Positions 57,574 through 64,000 of a stretch of 64,000 nucleotides of DNA are shown piece by piece. The stretch is from Lysobacteraceae bacterium (GTDB lineage Bacteria > Pseudomonadota > Gammaproteobacteria > Xanthomonadales > Xanthomonadaceae), in assembly GCA_046598445.1 (NCBI GenBank), contig JBKJHV010000084.1:1552-65551 (forward strand), in the 5' to 3' direction. The first letter of the stretch is position 1; the number at the start of each line of letters is the position of its first letter. The notes under the pieces were generated by a model. That model was not told where the DNA came from. It did no database searches and was given only the letters and a program-made list of their open reading frames with translations. Made by a program: the position numbers and the translations under genes.

Positions 57574-59268
57574 ATGACCGAATCATTCGCAGAACTGTTC
57601 GAAGCGAGCGCGGCAGCCAATCTGTCCAAGCTCAAGCCCGGCTCCATCGTGGTCGGCACCGTTGTCGATGTGCGCACCGACGTGGTGGTCATCAACGCCG
57701 GCCTCAAGTCCGAGGGCATTGTCCCGATCGAACAGTTCCGTAACGACGCCGGCGAAATCGACGTCGCAGTCGGCGACATCGTCAAGGTGGCGCTGGACTC
57801 CCTCGAAAACGGCTTCGGCGAAACCGTCCTCTCCCGCGACAAAGCCAAGCGCGCGATGGTGTGGGACGAGCTGGAAGAAGCACTGGAAAAGAACGAAACC
57901 ATCACCGGCCGCATCAGCGGCAAGGTCAAGGGCGGTTTCACCGTCGACATCAAGGACGTCCGCGCGTTCCTGCCCGGCTCGCTGGTCGATGTGCGCCCGG
58001 TCCGCGACCCGGTGTATCTGGAAGGCAAAGAGCTCGAATTCAAGCTCATCAAGCTGGACCGCAAGCGCAACAATGTCGTCGTCTCCCGCCGTGCGGTGGT
58101 TGAGAGCGAGCATTCGGAAGAGCGCGAGCAGCTGCTCGAGAAGCTGGTCGAGGGCGCGGTGCTCAAGGGCGTCGTCAAGAACCTCACCGATTACGGCGCG
58201 TTCGTGGACCTCGGCGGCATCGACGGCCTGCTGCACATCACCGACATGGCGTGGAAGCGCGTGCGTCACCCGTCCGAAGTGGTCGAAGTCGGCCAGGAAC
58301 TCGAAGTCCGCGTGCTCAAGTACGACCGCGAGCGCAACCGCGTCAGCCTCGGCCTGAAGCAGCTGGGCGAGGATCCGTGGGACAACATCGCCCGCCGTTA
58401 TCCGTCCAACACCCGCATGTTCGGCAAGGTCTCCAACGTCACCGATTACGGCGCGTTCGTCGAGATCGAGCCGGGCGTCGAAGGCCTGGTCCACGTCTCC
58501 GAAATGGATTGGACCAACAAGAACGTCAACCCGTCCAAGGTCGTGCAGGTCGGCGATGAAGTCGAAGTCATGATCCTCGACGTGGATGAAGAGCGTCGCC
58601 GCATTTCGCTGGGCATGAAACAGTGCTCGTCGAATCCGTGGGAAACCTTCGCGGCGATCTTCAAGAAGAACGACAAGGTGTCGGGCCAGATCAAATCGAT
58701 CACCGATTTCGGCATCTTCATCGGCCTGGACGGCGGCATCGACGGTCTCATCCACTTGTCGGATCTGAGCTGGAACACCACCGGCGAAGACGTGGTCCGC
58801 AACTTCAAGAAGGGCGACAACCTCGAAGCCGTCGTGCTCGCGGTCGACCCGGAACGCGAGCGCATCAGCCTCGGCGTGAAGCAGCTGGAACAGGATCCGT
58901 TCGGTCAGTTCATGGCCACGAATCCGAAGGGTTCGAAGATCTCCGGCACCGTGAAGGAAGTCGACGCCAAGGGTGCGATGATCGATCTGGGCGACGGTAT
59001 CGAAGGCTACGTCACCGCGCGCGACATCAGCTACGACCGCATCGACGACGCCAGCCAGCACCTCAAGGTCGGCGACGCGATCGAAGCCAAGCTGATCGGT
59101 ATGGACCGCAAGGGCCGCACCCTGCAGCTGTCGATCAAGGCCAAGGACGAAGCCGAGACCCAGGAAGCGATGGCCGAATACGCCAAGGTGTCGTCCGACG
59201 CCGCCAGCGGCACCACCAAGCTGGGCGCGCTGCTGCGCGAACAGCTGGAAAACAATCGTTCCGAGTAA
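57574..59268 (+). CDS. rpsA: 30S ribosomal protein S1
   Basis: [10 protein letters not shown]; repeated S1 domains (TDYGAFV...GL.H). Confidence 0.98.
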   Translation: MTESFAELFEASAAANLSKLKPGSIVVGTVVDVRTDVVVINAGLKSEGIVPIEQFRNDAGEIDVAVGDIVKVALDSLENGFGETVLSRDKAKRAMVWDELEEALEKNETITGRISGKVKGGFTVDIKDVRAFLPGSLVDVRPVRDPVYLEGKELEFKLIKLDRKRNNVVVSRRAVVESEHSEEREQLLEKLVEGAVLKGVVKNLTDYGAFVDLGGIDGLLHITDMAWKRVRHPSEVVEVGQELEVRVLKYDRERNRVSLGLKQLGEDPWDNIARRYPSNTRMFGKVSNVTDYGAFVEIEPGVEGLVHVSEMDWTNKNVNPSKVVQVGDEVEVMILDVDEERRRISLGMKQCSSNPWETFAAIFKKNDKVSGQIKSITDFGIFIGLDGGIDGLIHLSDLSWNTTGEDVVRNFKKGDNLEAVVLAVDPERERISLGVKQLEQDPFGQFMATNPKGSKISGTVKEVDAKGAMIDLGDGIEGYVTARDISYDRIDDASQHLKVGDAIEAKLIGMDRKGRTLQLSIKAKDEAETQEAMAEYAKVSSDAASGTTKLGALLREQLENNRSE

Positions 59269-59355
59269 TTCCGCACCACGGCCTGCGGCGATCCGGTTCT
59301 CCCGGATCGCCGCGGCGCCTGTCGGCTGCGGCCCGTTGAAGGATTGCGAGCGCCC

Positions 59356-59658
59356 ATGACCAAATCCGAACTGATCGAGATCCTGTCCCAGCGTCAGAGT
59401 CATCTGAAGGCCGACGACGTCGATCTCGCGGTCAAGTCGTTGCTGGAAATGATGGGCGGCTCGCTCGCCGAGGGCGAACGGATCGAGATCCGCGGCTTCG
59501 GCAGTTTTTCCCTGCATTACCGCCCGCCGCGCACCGGTCGCAATCCCAAGACCGGCGATGCCGTGGCGCTGCCCGGCAAGCATGTGCCGCACTTCAAACC
59601 CGGCAAAGAGCTGCGCGACCGGGTCAGCGACGTCGTTCCGCTGCCGCCGGAAGATTGA
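59356..59658 (+). CDS. ihfB: Integration host factor beta subunit
   Basis: [33 protein letters not shown]. Confidence 0.97.
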   Translation: MTKSELIEILSQRQSHLKADDVDLAVKSLLEMMGGSLAEGERIEIRGFGSFSLHYRPPRTGRNPKTGDAVALPGKHVPHFKPGKELRDRVSDVVPLPPED

Positions 59659-59845
59659 GTCCGGGCTGTTTGCGACCGTCAGCGGCTGTGTCGACGCGAC
59701 CAACCGTCGATCAGCGTTTTTCCTCATCGCCCATCGCCATGATCCGCTACGGCCTTCCGCCGGCTGACAGCGGCATCCATCGTTTTCGTCCTTCGGGCGG
59801 CATACACTGATGACCGGTTCCGACCTCAAACGCGACCTGCCTACC

Positions 59846-60160
59846 ATGCGTCCTCTGCGTATGCTCATCGCCATCGTGTTCCTGGCCGTCGGGCTGGTGC
59901 TCGGCGTGCTGAACGCCGAATCCGCGACCGTCGATCTGGGGGTTGTCGACGTCAAGGCAGGGCTCGGCGTGATCCTCCTGTGTACCCTGCTGGCCGGTGT
60001 ACTGGCCGGTGGCCTGGCGATCGTCGTTTCGGTGGTGCTGCCGCTGCGTCGCGCACTGCGCCGCGTGGAGAAGCAAACGAACATGCCCGAGCAGAGACCC
60101 GAAACGCCTCGGGCCGAGACTGCAGCAATCCTTTCTTTGTCCGCCCCGTCGGAGACTTGA
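59846..60160 (+). CDS. lapA: LPS assembly protein A-like membrane protein
   Basis: Two TMs with N-x-x-x-x-x-V-D-L; position between ihfB and lapB. Confidence 0.72.
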   Translation: MRPLRMLIAIVFLAVGLVLGVLNAESATVDLGVVDVKAGLGVILLCTLLAGVLAGGLAIVVSVVLPLRRALRRVEKQTNMPEQRPETPRAETAAILSLSAPSET

Positions 60161-60161
60161 G

Positions 60162-61340
60162 ATGGCCTTCATCTCCGAGTGGTTCTGGTATTTCCTGCTG
60201 ATCCCGCTGGCAGCGGTGATCGGATGGGTCATCGGCCGCCGTGGCGGCGAGCGCCACAGCGATCATCAGGTCAGCCGGCTGTCGACCACTTATTTCCGCG
60301 GCCTGAATTATCTGCTCAACGAACAGCCGGACAAGGCGATCGAGCTGTTCCTGCATGTCGCCGAACTGGACAAGGACACCTTCGAGACCCAGGTCGCGCT
60401 GGGGCATCTGTTCCGCCGCCGCGGCGAGGTCGACCGCGCGATCCGTCTGCATCAGGGTCTGGTCCAGCGCTCCGACATCAACGATCAGCAGAAGGTGCAG
60501 GCGTTGCTCGCGCTGGGTGAGGACTACATGCGTTCGGGTCTGCTCGATCGCGCCGAGACTGTCTTCACTGATCTGTCCAAACTCGACGACCGCGCGCCGC
60601 AGGCGCTTCGTCATCTGATCAGCATCTATCAGGCCGAACGCGACTGGCAGCAGGCGATCGACAAGGCGTCGCGTTACGAAGCGGTGACCGGCGAGCCGAT
60701 GGGCAAATTGATCGCGCAGTTCGAGTGCGAGCTGGCCGAACGCCACAGCACCGCCGGCGACAGCGACCAGGCGCGGGCGGCGATCGCGCGCGCCTATGCC
60801 GCCGATTCGAACACCGTGCGCGCCGGCATGCTGGAGGGACGGATCGAATTCGATGCGGGTCAGCATCCCGCCGCGATCCGCGCCTATGAGCGTGCGGCGC
60901 GTCATGACCCGGATTACCTGCCCGACATTCTGCCGTCGCTGCTGGTCTGCTACGACAAAGTGGGCGACCCCATCGGCGCACGCACGTTCCTGACCGAGAT
61001 GTGCGAACACTACCGCGGGATTTCGCCGGTGCTGGCGCTGACCCGGCTGGTCGAAGCCGCCGAGGGCGTGCATGCGGCGCGCGACTATCTCGCCCGTCAG
61101 CTCAAGGAGCGCCCGTCGGTGCGCGGCGAGGCCGCGCTGATCGACCTGAGTCTGGCCGACGATACCGACCCGACCGCGACCCTGCACGATCTCAAGCATG
61201 TGACCGAGCAACTGCTGGTCCGCAATCCGAGCTACCGATGCAACCGCTGCGGTTTCGGCGCACGCAGCCATCACTGGCAGTGCCCGAGCTGCAAGGAGTG
61301 GGGCTCGGTGAAGCCATTGCTCAATTACGCGGTCGTCTGA
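60162..61340 (+). CDS. lapB: LPS assembly protein B
   Basis: N-terminal TM, YFRGLNYLLNEQPDKA, TPRs, rubredoxin CNRCGF...WQCPSC. Confidence 0.95.
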   Translation: MAFISEWFWYFLLIPLAAVIGWVIGRRGGERHSDHQVSRLSTTYFRGLNYLLNEQPDKAIELFLHVAELDKDTFETQVALGHLFRRRGEVDRAIRLHQGLVQRSDINDQQKVQALLALGEDYMRSGLLDRAETVFTDLSKLDDRAPQALRHLISIYQAERDWQQAIDKASRYEAVTGEPMGKLIAQFECELAERHSTAGDSDQARAAIARAYAADSNTVRAGMLEGRIEFDAGQHPAAIRAYERAARHDPDYLPDILPSLLVCYDKVGDPIGARTFLTEMCEHYRGISPVLALTRLVEAAEGVHAARDYLARQLKERPSVRGEAALIDLSLADDTDPTATLHDLKHVTEQLLVRNPSYRCNRCGFGARSHHWQCPSCKEWGSVKPLLNYAVV

Positions 61341-62350
61341 TGCTGCTGTCGGCCGGTTCCATCGCCTGGTTCGCGCTGTTCGCGGCCCTTGGCGCCGCCG
61401 GCACCTGGGCGGCGCGGACCTACGCGCTGCGCCGTCGCTTGCTGGACGAACCCGGCGAGCGTCGCAGCCATCAGGTCGCCACGCCGCGCGGCGGCGGCAT
61501 CGCCATCGGCCTGGCGTTCCTGATCGCGATCGCGGCGATGACTCTGCGCCAGCCGCGCGAGATCGTGCTGCTGGTCTGCGCCGGTTTCGGTTTCCTGATG
61601 GTGGCCGGGATCGGCTGGCTCGACGACCACCGGCCGCTGTCGCCATGGTCGCGGCTGGTGGTACATGCGGTCGCCGCCGGCTGGCTCGCGGTGGGTTTCT
61701 ATCTTTCAGGCAGCGGTGCCGGCGTCGCGCTCGTGGTGTTCGCGCTGTGCCTGGCGCTGGTGAACATCTGGAATTTCATGGACGGCATCGACGGCCTGGC
61801 TGCGACCCAGGCGGTGCTCGTGACTGCGACGTTCGCGTGGTTGGCGGGGAGCGCGCTCGCGGTTCATCTGGGGTTGGCGTTGATCGCGGCAACCTTGGGT
61901 TTTCTGCCGTTCAACTTCCCCCGCGCGAAGATTTTTCTGGGCGATGTGGGCAGCGGGGCGCTTGGATTCGCGTTGGCGCTGATGGCCGGGTTGTCGTTGG
62001 ATGTCATGCCGCCTGCGGCGTGGCCGCTGGCGCTGCTGCCATTGAGCGCGTTCGTGTTGGATGCCGGTTTCACCCTGCTCACGCGGATGTTGCGCGGTGA
62101 TCGTTGGTGGACGCCGCACGTCGAACACGCCTATCAGCGTTGGTCCAGGCGCGCCGGCAGTCATGTACCGGTGACTGTAGGCTATGCGCTATGGACGTTG
62201 CTCGCATGTGCGGGCGCGATTTGGTTCGGGGAGGAAGGACAGAAAGGGATTTCGATGCTGGTGTCTGCTTGGTTGGTTTTGGGGTGCGGGCTCTGGTACT
62301 GGCTGCGCCGGCCGGCCGGGCACGCCGCGAACGGAGGATTGGGCGCATGA
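61340..62350 (+). CDS. Polyprenyl-phosphate sugar-1-phosphate transferase (WecA/WbpL, MraY-like family)
   Basis: D.PGERRSH..ATPRGGG, GWLDD, NFMDGIDG, FLGDVGS. Confidence 0.9.
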   Translation: MLLSAGSIAWFALFAALGAAGTWAARTYALRRRLLDEPGERRSHQVATPRGGGIAIGLAFLIAIAAMTLRQPREIVLLVCAGFGFLMVAGIGWLDDHRPLSPWSRLVVHAVAAGWLAVGFYLSGSGAGVALVVFALCLALVNIWNFMDGIDGLAATQAVLVTATFAWLAGSALAVHLGLALIAATLGFLPFNFPRAKIFLGDVGSGALGFALALMAGLSLDVMPPAAWPLALLPLSAFVLDAGFTLLTRMLRGDRWWTPHVEHAYQRWSRRAGSHVPVTVGYALWTLLACAGAIWFGEEGQKGISMLVSAWLVLGCGLWYWLRRPAGHAANGGLGA

Positions 62351-64000
62351 CCACATTGAAAGAACGCCTCGGCAGTGCATGGCCGCGCACCATGATCGTG
62401 CTGCACGATCTGTGCATCGTCTGGGTGTGCTGGACCGGTCTGGTGCAGTTCCGTTACGCCATGCTCGATACCGCCGTGCAGCCTGCGCTGTGGTCGACCG
62501 AAGCCCTGCTGGTGCTTGTCGCGCAGGGGCTGGTGTCGTGGCAGGCCGGCCTGTATCGCGGCGTCTGGCGCTTCGCCAGCGTGCCCGATCTGGTGAATAT
62601 CCTGAAGGCGAGCATGTTCGGTCTGCTCGCCATTCTGCTGGTGCTTTTCATCTACAACCGCTTGGGCCAGGCGCCGCGCTCGGTGCTGGTGATGTATCCG
62701 TTCGTACTGACCCTGATGCTCGGAGCGCCGCGCCTGCTGTACCGCTCGTGGAAGGATCACGGCCGCATCAACAGCGACAAATCGGCCGTGCGCGTCTTGA
62801 TTCTGGGCGCGGGACAGGCGGGCGAGGCGCTGGTCCGCGACCTGCGCCGCACCGGCGCCTATCAACCGGTGGGTTTTCTGGACGATGCCAGGAAACTGCG
62901 TGGCAGCCATCTGCATGGCGTGCCGGTGCTCGGCCGGATCGACGATGTCGGCCGGATCGCACCGGAAACCGCGGCCAAGCTGCTCGTGATCGCGATGCCT
63001 TCGGTCGACGCCGATCACATGCGCCGGGTGATCGAAGCCTGCGAACGCACCGGTCTGCCGTTCCGGATGGTGCCGCGACTCAACGATATCCTCGAAGGCC
63101 GCTCGCTGCCCGGTGAGCTCAAGGAGGTCGCGATCGAGGATCTGCTCGGCCGCGCTCCGGTGGTACCCGACTGGAAGGCCATGCGCGACTGGCTTGGCGG
63201 CCGCAGCGTGCTGGTGACCGGCGCGGGCGGTTCCATCGGTTCGGAACTGTGTCGCCAGTGCGCGCGCCACGGCGCCAGCAGGATCGCGCTGGTCGAGATC
63301 GACGAACTGGCGCTGACCACCACCCAGATGCGACTGCGTCGCGATTTCCCCGGGATCGAGCTGGCGCCTGTGTTGGGCGACTGCGGCGACCCGGCGGTGA
63401 TCCGCTACGCGCTGGAGCTGGTGAAACCGGATGCGGTCTTCCACGCCGCCGCCTACAAACAAGTGCCGCTGCTGGAAGCGCAATTGCGCGAAGCCGTCCG
63501 CAACAACGCGCTGGCCACCGAGACGGTCGCCCGGGCGAGTTCGGCTGCCGGCGTCGGCACCTTCGTGCTGATCTCCACCGACAAAGCGGTCGATCCGGTC
63601 AATGTGCTCGGTGCGACCAAACGCCTCGCCGAAATGTTGTGCCAGTCGCTGGCCGATCCGCGTTCCACCCGTTTCGTCACCGTGCGCTTCGGCAACGTCC
63701 TCGATTCCGCCGGCAGCGTCGTGCCGCTGTTCCGCGAACAGATCCGCTGCGGCGGCCCGGTGACGGTCACGGATGCCGAAGTCACCCGGTTCTTCATGAC
63801 CATTCCGGAAGCCTGCCAGTTGATCCTGCAGGCCTCGGCGATCGGTTCGCAGCAGGCGATCTACACGCTCGACATGGGCGAACCGGTGTCGATCCGCCTG
63901 CTCGCCGAACAGATGATCCGCCTTGCCGGCAAACAGCCCGGCCGCGACATCGCCATCGTCTATACCGGCCTGCGTCCAGGCGAAAAGCTGCACGAGACCC
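62347..64000 (+). CDS. Nucleoside-diphosphate-sugar dehydratase/epimerase (CapD/WbpM type), truncated by window edge; not in ORF track
   Basis: ATG 62347 overlapping the upstream stop; N-terminal TMs; VLVTGAGGSIGSELCRQ, HAAAYKQVP, STDKAV, RFGNVL, RPGEKLHE. Confidence 0.92.
   Translation, partial: MTTLKERLGSAWPRTMIVLHDLCIVWVCWTGLVQFRYAMLDTAVQPALWSTEALLVLVAQGLVSWQAGLYRGVWRFASVPDLVNILKASMFGLLAILLVLFIYNRLGQAPRSVLVMYPFVLTLMLGAPRLLYRSWKDHGRINSDKSAVRVLILGAGQAGEALVRDLRRTGAYQPVGFLDDARKLRGSHLHGVPVLGRIDDVGRIAPETAAKLLVIAMPSVDADHMRRVIEACERTGLPFRMVPRLNDILEGRSLPGELKEVAIEDLLGRAPVVPDWKAMRDWLGGRSVLVTGAGGSIGSELCRQCARHGASRIALVEIDELALTTTQMRLRRDFPGIELAPVLGDCGDPAVIRYALELVKPDAVFHAAAYKQVPLLEAQLREAVRNNALATETVARASSAAGVGTFVLISTDKAVDPVNVLGATKRLAEMLCQSLADPRSTRFVTVRFGNVLDSAGSVVPLFREQIRCGGPVTVTDAEVTRFFMTIPEACQLILQASAIGSQQAIYTLDMGEPVSIRLLAEQMIRLAGKQPGRDIAIVYTGLRPGEKLHET

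Overview
High-GC gammaproteobacterial chromosome segment. Gene content and order (rne-rluC ... phhB-nfuA, aguA-aguB, rpmJ-cmk-rpsA-ihfB-lapA-lapB, GTAG-type REPs) suggest Xanthomonadales/Lysobacteraceae (inference). Core genes are interrupted by three accessory regions. (1) 1-6 kb: secreted-protein genes next to an ECF sigma factor/Ser-Thr kinase pair. (2) About 7.4-12.2 kb: an integrase-less islet directly after a tRNA-Ser(TGA) with a mismatched, apparently chimeric acceptor stem. (3) About 25.7-38.4 kb: a CsgG/HfaB-led operon of secreted proteins with a second ECF/kinase pair. A cyanophycin operon (iadA-cphB-cphA plus a paralogue lacking the ATP-grasp domain) and a two-permease RND pump are also present. 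The top finding is a 32-codon ORF absent from the ORF track (8781..8879, minus strand, strong SD; MARLMRAARVTLNIHPNEKSSLWKVWPYWVEF), ending 16 nt upstream of an atypical cytochrome P450. This is a candidate minimal P450-crosslinked RiPP cluster with a WxxWxYW core. Two distinct bipartite ECF-type promoter motifs, each present twice, can also be read directly next to the two ECF/kinase modules. All product calls come from motif recognition by eye; no database search was run.
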